Shown here: one piece after another, positions 28,493-38,322 of the stretch
Layout: each line of letters starts with the position of its first letter
How positions within the stretch are numbered: the stretch's first letter is position 1
Source: an uncultured bacterium
GTDB taxonomy: Bacteria; Oederibacteriota; JAAXVQ01; JAUVAV01
Length of the DNA: 64,000 bases
Assembly (NCBI GenBank): GCA_963710755.1
Contig: CAVQBK010000003.1
Span: forward strand, 576,001-640,000
Direction of reading: 5' to 3'
Made by a program: the position numbers and the translations under genes
Notes under the pieces: generated by a model
What the model saw: the letters and a program-made list of their open reading frames with translations, nothing else
Told to the model about the DNA's origin: nothing
Databases searched by the model: none

Positions 28493-31400
28493 TTATTTCA
28501 AGACGCCTATTTTAAATTTTTCCTTCCACGATCCTGCCCGGATGGTGACAATGTAAATACCGCTGGCGACGGTGCTGCCGTTATTATTCAACCCCTGCCA
28601 GCTGAGCTCATGCAGCTGTCCTTTTTCATAATATTGCCCGTCAGCCAGGGTTTTGACCAGCTGCCCGCGCATGGTGTAGATTTTAATGGTAGTGGCTGTG
28701 GATTGGGGTTGAAACCACTCGATTTTGGCGCTTTGGCCGTGCAGGGGGCTGATGATGTTATTGATGATGCGCAGTTGGCTTTCAGGTCCGGGTGTGGGGG
28801 TTGGCGTCAATGTTGGTGCCGGTGTCGATGTTGGTGTGGGTGTTGGTGTAGGGGCCAGGGACGAGGCTTTGAATTGATAGAGGCTGCTTTGCGACCCCGT
28901 GCCGCTCAAAGCGTAAATTTCAAAATGATTGTCCTGGTCCGCATCGCCGGCAGTGAGAGCAACGATGGGTTCACCACCATCGCCTAAATCGGTTTGAGAC
29001 CAGGTGGACCCACTCAGTGCATATTGGTAAACATGGTTGTTGGTGCTGCAGGTATAAAGCTCGTCCTGCCCGTCATTATCAGCGTCACTGACCACTAGGC
29101 CATGACATTCACCGGGCTGGGTGCCGATGACTTTGGAACTAAGATTTTGATTGCCGCTATCCCAAGCCAATTGGAGAATCTCGCCATTATCGACTGCTCC
29201 ATAAAGCTCGGCTTGGCTATTCCCGTCAATATCACCAACCGCCAAGGCCAGTATATGGAGACTGGTAAATACCTCCAATTTCTGCCAAACACCGCCGGTG
29301 TATTTAAATTGATAGACAGAACCGTCTGCATTGGCGGCATAGAGCTCGTTGGCCTGGTCATTATCGAGATCCACAATGGCCAGCGCCACCATGGCGCCGC
29401 CACCCTGGCCGACCGCCTCTTTTTGCCAGGAATTGTTATAATAACGATATTGATAAACATTGTCGTCAGTGCTGGCTGCAAAGAGACTGAAGGCTTGGCT
29501 GTTGTCCCCGTCGCCAATAATGAGATCTTGGATCAGCGCTATGCTTGCGGAATCTGTGCCCACCTGGGTCTTAACCCAGGTTCCGGGTTGATAGCAGAAA
29601 ATCCGGTTGTCATTGGTGGCGGCGTAGAGCTCCTGCTTGCCGTCGCGATTGGCATCAAACATAAGCACCTTGGTGTATTTCTCGGTTTGAGGGGAAGTTA
29701 AGACCTGAGTGAGCTGCCAATTCGGATTTTGCTGAGCCACCTGGAGATTGGTGCCCAACGCAGCCAGAGTGAGGTCCAGCCTATTGTCATTATCAGCATC
29801 CCCCACGGCCAATCCCATGGTGGTGCCGTAATTTATCGGTGCTGTAATGGTAAGAAGTTTGGTGTGGCTCCAGGCGATGGGTTTGGCAAGAGGCTGAAGG
29901 ATAAAAAAGCTGTGGGTCAACGTATACGTGCCGTCAGGATGAACCAATTGCAAATCAAACCTCCCCGGTTGGACTCCGGAGAGATCAAAGTCAGTGTGCA
30001 TTAACCCCGTACTGACGTAGGTTTGATTAGTAGCATTCAAAGCGAAAGTATTATTGCGGAGACTGAGCTGATTGGAAGCATTTAATCCGGTTCCAGGAAA
30101 GGTAAGGGTGGGAGTGCTTTGAGCCACAACATGATCAGGATAAACATTAAAGATGGTGCTGGTATTTATTTTAGCCACAAAGGCATTAAAGTGAGTGCCG
30201 GAAAAGGCAAGCTTTGGTGCGCCCCAGGTGGCGCTGCTATAGCCTCCGGCAACCATATTCCCCATGGCGTCCCCTGCCAGGGCTCTTCCCAAATGCTGGC
30301 CAGCTCCACCCAAAAAAGCATTCCAAATCAAATAGCCGTAGCTGTCATCCAACTTGGCGACAAAGGCATTGGTATTATAGCTGCCACTAAAAGCCCTGAC
30401 CGGATTTTCCCATGTGGCATAGCTATAACCGCCTACGACCACATTCCCCCCAGGAACCGTAAAGATAGCCTCGGCCCTATCATCTTTAGTGCTGCCTAAA
30501 AAGGTATGCCAGCTCAAATTCCCATTGTTGTCCAATTTAGCCACAAAAGCATCGCGAGCACTGCCACTAAAGGTCCTGACAGGATTGCTACCCCACGTAG
30601 CATCACTTTGACCGCACACCAACACATTCCCGTTAAGATCCAAAGCTACAGCACGGCCATAATTCCGATCGCTGCTGCCTAAAAAGGTATTCCAACTCAA
30701 ATGCCCGGTGTTGTCCAATTTGGCCACAAAGGCATCAGTGTATCCACTGAAGGCTCTTCTCGGCGTGCTTCCCCAGGTGTCATCACTATCACCAGCTACA
30801 ACCACATCTCCAGTGGCATCCAAAGCCACGGCAATGGCATTGCCAATAACCTTATTATTATTGCTGCCTAAAAAGGCATTCCAGGTCAAATCACCACTGT
30901 TAGTCAATTTGGCCACAAAGGCATTGGCAGTATTACTATTACCGTTAAAGCCCATGGTAATAGTGTCCCCCCAACTGGAATAACTGGTACCAGCTACGTA
31001 TACATTCCCGCCATTATCCACAGCCACGGCACTGCCGAAGTCGTTATATGCACTACCTGAATAATTACTGCCTAACAAAGTATTCCAGATTATATGCCCG
31101 TCATGGTTGTCCAGTTTGGCTGCAAAAGCATCTTTGCCACCATAACTGTTATAAGTATAACCGACCACCACCACATTTCCGCTGGTATCCAAAGCCACTG
31201 CATTGGGATGGCTTGCGTCTGCCATGCCCAAAAAAGTGTTCCAGAGCAACTTCCCATTGCTGTCCAATTTAGCCCAAAAGGCATTATTACTGATGTTATG
31301 AGGCATGACAGGATTGCCCCAAGAGTAGCCACTGCTACCGGCCACAAACACATTCCCGCTGGCATCCAAAGCGGTGGCAAAACAATAATCATCAGCATGG

Positions 31401-32140
31401 CTGTCACCCAAAAAAGTATTCCACGTCAAGTCCGGGTCGATCACCAAGCTGTATCGGGGGTTATAGCCGCTGGCTGCAAAACCAACGGTATGACGGCCGC
31501 GGAGGATGAATTTGACTTGTACCGGAACTTTTTTGCCTTCAATCTCCTGCCAGGCAATGGGCGCGCTTTCCTGCATGCTGCCGGTGCCATAGTTGATGGT
31601 CAGGTTTCCCTTGCTGTTCAGGCTAAGGGGGCGATGATAATCGAGACGAATTTGGCTGAGGGCTTGCTCAATATGGCCGGGCTCAATATGATATTCGTTT
31701 CGCAGGATCGTCTGGGGTTGGTCATGATAGAGCACCGTGACGCCGGGCCAGGGATGGACATAGCGCACGGTTCCCTGAAAGGGAAGGGCCGTGGGTTTGG
31801 CGGATGGAGCCGGGGCTTCAACGGACGAGGCGGTACCCTTGACCACGGGCGCTACGGCTTTGGCGCCGGCCATTGTAATCCTCAGCATATGGTCATTACC
31901 AGCGATCATTACTTGGCTGTTTTGAAAGTCCAAGACATGACCGGCGCTGGTGTATTGCAGGGGAATCGTTTTTTGGCCCATGGGCTGCACCAGGCGGGGA
32001 AGTGGCCGGCGCAGGTGACTGTAACTATAGTTCCAGGGCAAATGGGGCATCACCAGGCTGCTCAAAACCAAAAGCGCGAAAGCAGGGTGAACATAATGAC
32101 CACGATAAAACCATTGAGTGCTGTTTATTTGTTGCTGCAT
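28493..32140 (-). CDS. Secreted beta-propeller (SBBP-like) / FG-GAP repeat protein with FlgD-Ig-type C-terminal domain (copy A)
   Basis: Full-length paralog of 24658..28296; GGAGGG RBS before MQQQI. Confidence 0.82.
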   Translation of the reverse strand: MQQQINSTQWFYRGHYVHPAFALLVLSSLVMPHLPWNYSYSHLRRPLPRLVQPMGQKTIPLQYTSAGHVLDFQNSQVMIAGNDHMLRITMAGAKAVAPVVKGTASSVEAPAPSAKPTALPFQGTVRYVHPWPGVTVLYHDQPQTILRNEYHIEPGHIEQALSQIRLDYHRPLSLNSKGNLTINYGTGSMQESAPIAWQEIEGKKVPVQVKFILRGRHTVGFAASGYNPRYSLVIDPDLTWNTFLGDSHADDYCFATALDASGNVFVAGSSGYSWGNPVMPHNISNNAFWAKLDSNGKLLWNTFLGMADASHPNAVALDTSGNVVVVGYTYNSYGGKDAFAAKLDNHDGHIIWNTLLGSNYSGSAYNDFGSAVAVDNGGNVYVAGTSYSSWGDTITMGFNGNSNTANAFVAKLTNSGDLTWNAFLGSNNNKVIGNAIAVALDATGDVVVAGDSDDTWGSTPRRAFSGYTDAFVAKLDNTGHLSWNTFLGSSDRNYGRAVALDLNGNVLVCGQSDATWGSNPVRTFSGSARDAFVAKLDNNGNLSWHTFLGSTKDDRAEAIFTVPGGNVVVGGYSYATWENPVRAFSGSYNTNAFVAKLDDSYGYLIWNAFLGGAGQHLGRALAGDAMGNMVAGGYSSATWGAPKLAFSGTHFNAFVAKINTSTIFNVYPDHVVAQSTPTLTFPGTGLNASNQLSLRNNTFALNATNQTYVSTGLMHTDFDLSGVQPGRFDLQLVHPDGTYTLTHSFFILQPLAKPIAWSHTKLLTITAPINYGTTMGLAVGDADNDNRLDLTLAALGTNLQVAQQNPNWQLTQVLTSPQTEKYTKVLMFDANRDGKQELYAATNDNRIFCYQPGTWVKTQVGTDSASIALIQDLIIGDGDNSQAFSLFAASTDDNVYQYRYYNNSWQKEAVGQGGGAMVALAIVDLDNDQANELYAANADGSVYQFKYTGGVWQKLEVFTSLHILALAVGDIDGNSQAELYGAVDNGEILQLAWDSGNQNLSSKVIGTQPGECHGLVVSDADNDGQDELYTCSTNNHVYQYALSGSTWSQTDLGDGGEPIVALTAGDADQDNHFEIYALSGTGSQSSLYQFKASSLAPTPTPTPTSTPAPTLTPTPTPGPESQLRIINNIISPLHGQSAKIEWFQPQSTATTIKIYTMRGQLVKTLADGQYYEKGQLHELSWQGLNNNGSTVASGIYIVTIRAGSWKEKFKIGVLK

Positions 32141-32294
32141 AGAAACCTTCCCTCCTTGTGGCACTATCAATCATGTCCCTATCATTTCTTGTAAATCTCC
32201 ACCTGGCATGTGCTGGTGATCTCTCCGCTTTGCTCTTTCACCAGCGCCAGGCTGCGGGTGGCATAAACTTCCTTGATTTCCACGGAAGCAATGG
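31411..32294. repeat. ~885-bp near-identical duplication (copy A)
   Basis: See 27567..28450. Confidence 0.92.
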
Positions 32295-33504
32295 TTTGAC
32301 CATTGCTGATAATAACGCCTCGCCATCCGGGCCGTAGTCTTTTGTTTTTCCCCACGCTTAATATCACATTTTTTACCTGGTCTCCAACTTTCCCCATCTC
32401 CAATATTTCAGACATGATGGGCGGTTCCGGCGTCGGGGCTGCGGTTGGCGCCGGCTGCGCGGCGGGGGCGGCAACGGGTTTGGGGGCGGGGGTCGGCGTA
32501 GGTTTCGGTGTTTTACGGGGCCGGACTTTTTCCACCCATTGTTGACGCTGCGGATCGGACGCCAGCGTATAGGTGAGCGCGATTTTATGAAGGGAATTCA
32601 TGTCCGACATGTAGGTGAAAGCATAGTCCAACTGCACCATTCGGTAACGAAAGCCCAGGCCCACGCTAAAGGTGTCAAGGGAATAGCCGAATTTGTACCC
32701 GGCGCGGATGGCCAGCATTTTGGCATACCAGTACTCCGCCCCCACATTGGCGCGCAGGTTTTCGTCCAGGGTATAGACCAAGTCACCGGCCACCACCAGA
32801 TCCTGACCCAGCAGATGTTTCAAGGAATAGGCCAAGCCCAGGCGCGCTTCCATGGGCAAAGGCTCCGAGGCTTCCAGATAGGTCATCGGCAGGCCCACAT
32901 TGCGCAGCGCCAGCCCCACCCTGAGATCACGCGTCAGTTCCTTGAGCTGATACTGGAAACCCAAATCCCCGGCTACGGAATAAGCGGTGGCTCGCTCCAG
33001 GAGATCGGAGTAGATGCCTTTGATATTCACGCCTACCAGCACTTCATAACCAATCAGGTCGAGCAGATCGTAGGCCGCGGAGATGGCGGCCGTATAATCG
33101 CGTTCCGCCGAGAGGTTCTGGCTGGTGCCATTGTCCTGCAGCCATTCAAACGTGCCCGCATCGTAGGCCATGAGGTTCACCCCAAAAGACCAGTCCAGGC
33201 CATAGGGCATGGAAAAAGACAGGGCCGTCAGGGAATCATCCAGCAAGCCGTGATAAAACATGGCGGAAATGTCCTGGCGAAAAGCCCGGTACAGGCCGGC
33301 CGGGTTCCAGCCCACGGCGCCTGCCTCGCTGTCCGCAAGGGCGGTAAACGCCCCGCCCATGGCCTCCGCCCGGGGGTTGTTGTCAAAGGTCAGAATGATT
33401 CCCGACGACGACCCGCTGCCTGTGGAGGCCGGACATGGTTGCACCCAGACGCCGGCAAGAAGAGTGAAGACCGAAATGACAAGGGTGGTTATTTTTTTTA
33501 TCAT
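32182..33504 (-). CDS. PorV/PorQ-family outer-membrane beta-barrel with Pro-rich linker and small C-terminal beta domain
   Basis: Signal peptide; RAEAMGGAFTALAD...WNPAGL; LPMEARLGLAY; GAEYW...LAIRAGY; G.GF....QLDYAF. Confidence 0.82.
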   Translation of the reverse strand: MIKKITTLVISVFTLLAGVWVQPCPASTGSGSSSGIILTFDNNPRAEAMGGAFTALADSEAGAVGWNPAGLYRAFRQDISAMFYHGLLDDSLTALSFSMPYGLDWSFGVNLMAYDAGTFEWLQDNGTSQNLSAERDYTAAISAAYDLLDLIGYEVLVGVNIKGIYSDLLERATAYSVAGDLGFQYQLKELTRDLRVGLALRNVGLPMTYLEASEPLPMEARLGLAYSLKHLLGQDLVVAGDLVYTLDENLRANVGAEYWYAKMLAIRAGYKFGYSLDTFSVGLGFRYRMVQLDYAFTYMSDMNSLHKIALTYTLASDPQRQQWVEKVRPRKTPKPTPTPAPKPVAAPAAQPAPTAAPTPEPPIMSEILEMGKVGDQVKNVILSVGKNKRLRPGWRGVIISNGQTIASVEIKEVYATRSLALVKEQSGEITSTCQVEIYKK

Positions 33505-33560
33505 AGGTTAAGACTCCTTTCGTTTGCCCCGAGAGATAGCAATGGATGAGGAAGGGGAGA

Positions 33561-34499
33561 TTACAGTTCCAGATTTCTAAACCGGCCATGATCCGCTTGG
33601 GATGGGCTGTCTTCAGGTTGCGGTGAGGCAGGCCGAGCATCCGCCTCTTTTACCGCATTGGGCGCGCCCAGGCTATGCATCTGCGGTTTGATTTCCACTT
33701 CACGGTCATGAAACATGAGAAAGACTTTTCCTGCCTCCACCCGGAAGCGCCGCAGCTCGGGAAAGCGGTATTGGCGCATGAGCAATTCCAACAGCGCGGC
33801 AAAATTGGGACAGCGATCAAATTCGAGCGCCGGTTCGGGCGCAGGCGCCGCGGCTTGCGGCGTTTCCAGGAACAAGGCGCCCGCTGTCCGGGCCTTGTCC
33901 CAGTTCACGCCCCTTAACTGACAATCATAAAAAAGAGCCTCCGTGAAATCCGCGTCCGTGACATCCGCATCGGACAGATCCGTTCCCAGCCACAGGGATT
34001 GCGAGAAATCACCGCGCCGCAGATCGGGTCTGCCCAGGTAATTGTTCGTGATAAAGCGGCAATGAATCAGCCGCGCCTGGCGCCAGGAGGCGCCGGTAAA
34101 TTCCGTGTTTTGAAAAAGCGTGTTATGGGCCTGCATCCCGTCCAGCAGGGCATTTTGAAAATTACAGCCCGACAATTCGCAATCCAGCCAATGGCTGTGG
34201 CGCATAGCCGCTTCCTTGGCATCGCAGTTTTCCAAGATGCCGTGCTCCCAGACGCTTTGCGGCAAGCAAGCCTGGGCCAGATTGCACGACGCCAGGCGCG
34301 AGCTGAGCAATTTGAAGCCGGGAACCACGCGGCCGGCCAGCCGCAGACGGGATAGGGTGGCGTTGATAAGGAGAAGGTCCCCGGCCTTGTCGCCGGATAA
34401 ATCCATATCCTCCCAATGCCCGTCCTTTAAGGTAAAAGGTTCCGGCGGGCCGGGCCTGGAGGGGGGCTCGTTTTCGATGAATCCACCGGGCCGGTTCAT
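33561..34499 (-). CDS. Pentapeptide-repeat protein
   Basis: A(D/N)L/F xx repeats (ASCNL, GCNFQ, TDLSD ADVTD ADFTE ALFYD CQLRG VNWDK). Confidence 0.8.
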   Translation of the reverse strand: MNRPGGFIENEPPSRPGPPEPFTLKDGHWEDMDLSGDKAGDLLLINATLSRLRLAGRVVPGFKLLSSRLASCNLAQACLPQSVWEHGILENCDAKEAAMRHSHWLDCELSGCNFQNALLDGMQAHNTLFQNTEFTGASWRQARLIHCRFITNNYLGRPDLRRGDFSQSLWLGTDLSDADVTDADFTEALFYDCQLRGVNWDKARTAGALFLETPQAAAPAPEPALEFDRCPNFAALLELLMRQYRFPELRRFRVEAGKVFLMFHDREVEIKPQMHSLGAPNAVKEADARPASPQPEDSPSQADHGRFRNLEL

Positions 34500-34502
34500 G
34501 GC

Positions 34503-34922
34503 TTAGGCCTCGGATAACACGGCATTGCCCGTACGGCGCGCTTCGCCTTCGGGCGTATAGGCGGAAAAACAATCTTCCAGTTGCAGCGGTTGTTCGGTCT
34601 GGCAATGAGGACAGGAAAAGGTCAGGGTTGTCGGCTGGTCCGTATTAATGCGGTTGTAGAGTTCCTGCAGAAAAACAAAGTCAGCCTGGAATAAATTTTC
34701 CAGCACTTCCAGGTTGATTTCCTTGATTGCGCCCAGCTGGGTCACCGTGCGCGCCAGGAGCAGCAGGGACATCATGGCCGGGTTTTTTTGTACCCGCGAA
34801 TCCGCGGCGGTCTCGATTTCATCCTTGGCCGTGACCAGACGCATCACCCCTTCGCGGTGCACGCGGCTGTTAGCGTCCTGATAGCCAAGCGGCAAGACAA
34901 ATTCATATTCTGTTTTAAGCAT
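34503..34922 (-). CDS. Phage tail assembly chaperone-like protein (paralog of 41500..41862)
   Basis: KTEYEFVLPLGY.D...HREGVMRL..AKDEI...D.RV..N...LLAR.V..LG...ENLF.AD..FLQE.Y.RIN...CPHC. Confidence 0.8.
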   Translation of the reverse strand: MLKTEYEFVLPLGYQDANSRVHREGVMRLVTAKDEIETAADSRVQKNPAMMSLLLLARTVTQLGAIKEINLEVLENLFQADFVFLQELYNRINTDQPTTLTFSCPHCQTEQPLQLEDCFSAYTPEGEARRTGNAVLSEA

Positions 34923-35016
34923 GAAGGTCCCCTTATTAAATCAAAGATGCCGTGGCTTGCCACGGGGATACAGCTTTCCCTGGCCCCAATGCTCCACACC
35001 CTGGTTGTGGAGAAAG

Positions 35017-35220
35017 TTACTCTTTGGTTTCCACAATCCGCCCCTGCTGCGCCTGAGGGGCGTAGTAGTCCGTGGTTTTTTCCACGCGCACTGTTTCTCC
35101 CAGTGCCTCCTGCAAGGCGCGGGTGGCTTCCAGGCAGCGCGGTCCGGAGATGCCGCGCACATGCACGGTCACGTGGCCCTGGCTGTCGATGGTAATTTCC
35201 AGTTCCTGTTTTATTGCCAT
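35017..35220 (-). CDS. DUF2997-family protein
   Basis: EITID..G.V.V.V.GI.G..C.EAT..L.EALG.......T.DYY. Confidence 0.8.
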   Translation of the reverse strand: MAIKQELEITIDSQGHVTVHVRGISGPRCLEATRALQEALGETVRVEKTTDYYAPQAQQGRIVETKE

Positions 35221-35615
35221 CGTCGCACCGTCAGGGTAATATTTTGATTTTCAGCCGTGGTTTCCCCGGCCACGGCATAGCCTTGGGCTTTGACTTCCCG
35301 CACCACTTTGAGGTAGGCATAGCGCTGCACGATTTTTTGCACCCACTCGGCCTGGGTGGCGCCGGAGGCGGTTTCAATACCCCACCAATCGGCAATCAAT
35401 TCATAGCTGCCGTCGGCCTTGCGCCGCACGCCGATGTCATAGGGCGTGCCCGTGCGGATGACCACATCTGCTTCCATGTCCACGCCATTCCAGCCGCGCA
35501 CCTTGACCTGGGCGCCTGCTTGGGCTGGCTGCCAGTCTAAATTCAAGACCGTGAGCGCCTCCTGCAGACAAACCAAATCCTTGATTTGGGTTTCGACTTC
35601 CGTAATATGGGACAT
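35211..35615 (-). CDS. DUF1257 / Ycf35-family protein
   Basis: MSHIT.V.T.IKD...L..AL..L, VRGW.G, DIG......G.YEL.ADWW, Q.YAY. Confidence 0.85.
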   Translation of the reverse strand: MSHITEVETQIKDLVCLQEALTVLNLDWQPAQAGAQVKVRGWNGVDMEADVVIRTGTPYDIGVRRKADGSYELIADWWGIETASGATQAEWVQKIVQRYAYLKVVREVKAQGYAVAGETTAENQNITLTVRRWQ

Positions 35616-35617
35616 GG

Positions 35618-37156
35618 CTATTGGCTCATTTCCAGTTTGCGTGCTTGTCCGTCCGGCATTTCCGAAGGCGTCGAGGCGCGGCGCGCGCGCGACGCCGCCC
35701 ATTGCCGGATAGCGATGATTTCCTGTTCCAGGGTGCGGGACAAGGGCACGGTTTCGCGCAAAGCCTGTAAAATCTGACGGGTGGACAATTCGCTGTCCGC
35801 CTCAAAAGCATCATACAAAGCGGCAATGACCGCCTGCTCAATTTCGGAACCGCTGTAGCCGTCGCTGTTTTTGACCAGCTCATCCATGGAAAAATCTCCA
35901 GCCTGGCGCCGTCGTTTTTCCAGATGGATACGGAAGATATCGGCCCGCTCGGCGGCATTGGGCAGGTCCACGAAAAAAATATCATCAAAACGTCCCTTGC
36001 GCAGCAGCTCCGGAGGTAACTGGTTGACATTGTTGGCCGTGGCCACCACGAAAACGGGTTTGATTTTTTCCTGCAGCCAGGTAATAAAAGTTCCGAAAAC
36101 GCGGGCCGTAGTGCCGGCGTCGGAAAAGGTGGAACTTTGAGTGCCGGCAAAGCCTTTTTCCAGCTCATCCAGCCAGAGAATGGACGGCGCCACGGCTTCC
36201 GCGGTTTCAAAAGTCCGGCGCATATTTTCTTCCGATGATCCCACCACCCCGGAAAATATTTTTCCCATGTCCAGGCGCAGCAGTGGAAGTTTCCATAAGC
36301 TGCCGATGGCTTTCGCGGTCAGCGATTTTCCGCAGCCGGGTATGCCGATTAAAAGGATGCCTTTGGGATAGGGCAGCCCGAAATCCCGGGCCTTCTGGGA
36401 AAAGGCCAGACCGCGTTTGCGCAGCCACACTTTTAAAAATTCCAGGCCTCCGATATCCTCCAGCTGTTCGCGGGCCGGATAAAATTCCAGCACCCCTGAT
36501 TTGCGGATAATCTGCTCTTTTTCTCCCAGTACCACGTCCAAATCCAGGCTGGAGGTCTTAATTAGACTTTTAGCAAAAACATTTTCCGCCTCTTCGGCGG
36601 TCAGCCCCAGGGCGGCTTCCACGATGCGTTCCGTTTGATCCCCATCGGGCCTTGCCAGGGTTTGATCGGGCAAAGAAGCCCACATCTTATCCAGCAGGCG
36701 GGCCAAGTCCTGCGCTTGCGGCAGGTGAAAATGGACCAGGGCAACGGTCTTTTCCAACTCCGGAGGAATTTTGGGCAGCGGCGAAAGGAACAGCAGGGTC
36801 TTGTAGCTGGTTTTTAAAGCGTGGGCCGCATCGCGCAATTTGCGCACCACCCCCGGATCGGAAAGGTATGGGTGGAAATCAAGCAGCACAAAAAGCGCGC
36901 TCTCCTGGCTGGAGATTACCGCGTCCAGGGCGCGCAAAGGATCTTTTACATCCAGGAGTTGATTGAGGGTTTCATTGGCCAGGCCTTGGGTGATGGTCCA
37001 ACGCAGGAAGTGTTTGCCCCGGTGGTGCGCCAGGGACTTTAATCCCTGCAAAACCCGCTCCTCCTCATGTGAGACAATATAGATCAGCGGATAGCGCGCG
37101 CGGATCAGGCAATCGATTTCGGCAAGTGATTCGGAAGCAGACAGCTGTTCAGGCAT
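35618..37156 (-). CDS. Ycf46-type AAA+ ATPase
   Basis: [10 protein letters not shown]...EEER; LLDFHPY; IGGLE.LK.WL; GIPGCGKS; LRLDMG; WLDELEK; [17 protein letters not shown]. Confidence 0.9.
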   Translation of the reverse strand: MPEQLSASESLAEIDCLIRARYPLIYIVSHEEERVLQGLKSLAHHRGKHFLRWTITQGLANETLNQLLDVKDPLRALDAVISSQESALFVLLDFHPYLSDPGVVRKLRDAAHALKTSYKTLLFLSPLPKIPPELEKTVALVHFHLPQAQDLARLLDKMWASLPDQTLARPDGDQTERIVEAALGLTAEEAENVFAKSLIKTSSLDLDVVLGEKEQIIRKSGVLEFYPAREQLEDIGGLEFLKVWLRKRGLAFSQKARDFGLPYPKGILLIGIPGCGKSLTAKAIGSLWKLPLLRLDMGKIFSGVVGSSEENMRRTFETAEAVAPSILWLDELEKGFAGTQSSTFSDAGTTARVFGTFITWLQEKIKPVFVVATANNVNQLPPELLRKGRFDDIFFVDLPNAAERADIFRIHLEKRRRQAGDFSMDELVKNSDGYSGSEIEQAVIAALYDAFEADSELSTRQILQALRETVPLSRTLEQEIIAIRQWAASRARRASTPSEMPDGQARKLEMSQ

Positions 37157-37175
37157 GGCGTTTCGTCCCCTTGAA

Positions 37176-38312
37176 TCAGCGTTTGGTCTTTAAAACGTCC
37201 TTGGAATAGTAGGGAGTGTATTTGCAAAACAGGCATTCGTCCCAGTCGTCCTTCATCACCCGCTTGCACGCGGGACAGCGGCGCTTATAGCCTGGGACAG
37301 GCGCGGTCAAAAACCAAACCAGGGCCAGAATAATCAACGAGGCGGCGAGCACAATCAGCACAATGCGCAGCACTTTTTGCCAGAAGGTCAGGGGCTTGGC
37401 AATGGCCAGAAACCCTTTGGTTCCGACCACTTCCTTGCCACCCAACGTGTTTTTAAGGGTAAGCTGGTGCATTTGGCCGTCGCCCTGGATGCCGCGGCTG
37501 CGGAACTTGATCACAAATCCTTTTTGAATTTGATTCAGTATGTTCAGCACATTCTGGGACAACAGGGATTCTTTGGCGGCAAAAAGGTAGGCGCCGCCGC
37601 TGCTTTCCGCAATGGACTTGATCTGAGGCAGATAACTGCCGGAAAGCAGGGTATACCCAATGGCATAAATGGGAATATTGCTTTTTTTGATTCGTTGCTG
37701 CAGTTCGGCTTTGGTGAGAATAATACCACTGTTGCGGCCATCGGTGATCACGAGGATGGCCTTGCGTTGGACGGTGGATTTGGAGAGTGTTTCCAGGGCC
37801 TGCCAAAGCGCATCGTAGAGCGTGACTTCGTCACCAAAGGTGTTCATTTTTCTGATCTTGATACGGCGGTCCTCTTTTTTGTCGTTGGCGCTGGAAACGG
37901 TCTCTACCCGGTCGCCATACGCCAAAATGGTCATTTGATCATGGGGGCTAAGCTTGGAGGCCAGGTGCAGCACGGCTTTCTTTTCGTTTTCCAAAGGCTG
38001 CCCTTTCATGACACCGCTGGCCATGAGGACCACGGCCAGATGAACGCCTTCCCGGCTGAATTTAAAAGGCACGGCGTTCAACCGGGCGCGGCTGGTGGCG
38101 CCGTCTTCGAGCAAACTCCAGGAAGAGGGTTGAACATCGGTGACAGGCTGCTCCTGCTGGTTCAGCAAGGTGGCGTAAACCGTCAGATCGGGAAAACGGT
38201 CGGCGTCAATTTGATCGATGCGCAAATGGCCGGCGTAGGCGGATTTTCCCGCCACCAGGCATAGCGCCAAGATCAGGAAGGTTCGTTTCCAAACAACATT
38301 CGTTGATGTCAT
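37176..38312 (-). CDS. Exported VWA-domain protein with C-terminal TM and cytoplasmic zinc ribbon
   Basis: Signal peptide; degenerate MIDAS (MASGVM), T.LYDAL, ITDG; TM helix; CPACK..M..DW..C.FC. Confidence 0.8.
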   Translation of the reverse strand: MTSTNVVWKRTFLILALCLVAGKSAYAGHLRIDQIDADRFPDLTVYATLLNQQEQPVTDVQPSSWSLLEDGATSRARLNAVPFKFSREGVHLAVVLMASGVMKGQPLENEKKAVLHLASKLSPHDQMTILAYGDRVETVSSANDKKEDRRIKIRKMNTFGDEVTLYDALWQALETLSKSTVQRKAILVITDGRNSGIILTKAELQQRIKKSNIPIYAIGYTLLSGSYLPQIKSIAESSGGAYLFAAKESLLSQNVLNILNQIQKGFVIKFRSRGIQGDGQMHQLTLKNTLGGKEVVGTKGFLAIAKPLTFWQKVLRIVLIVLAASLIILALVWFLTAPVPGYKRRCPACKRVMKDDWDECLFCKYTPYYSKDVLKTKR

Positions 38313-38322
38313 GCCTGCACCT

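Noticed and set aside
26300-31420. CRISPR array or DGR target in the repeated AT-rich blocks
   Set aside because: The repeats are in-frame beta-propeller coding units; there is no constant repeat-spacer pattern, cas gene, reverse transcriptase or adenine-specific template pair
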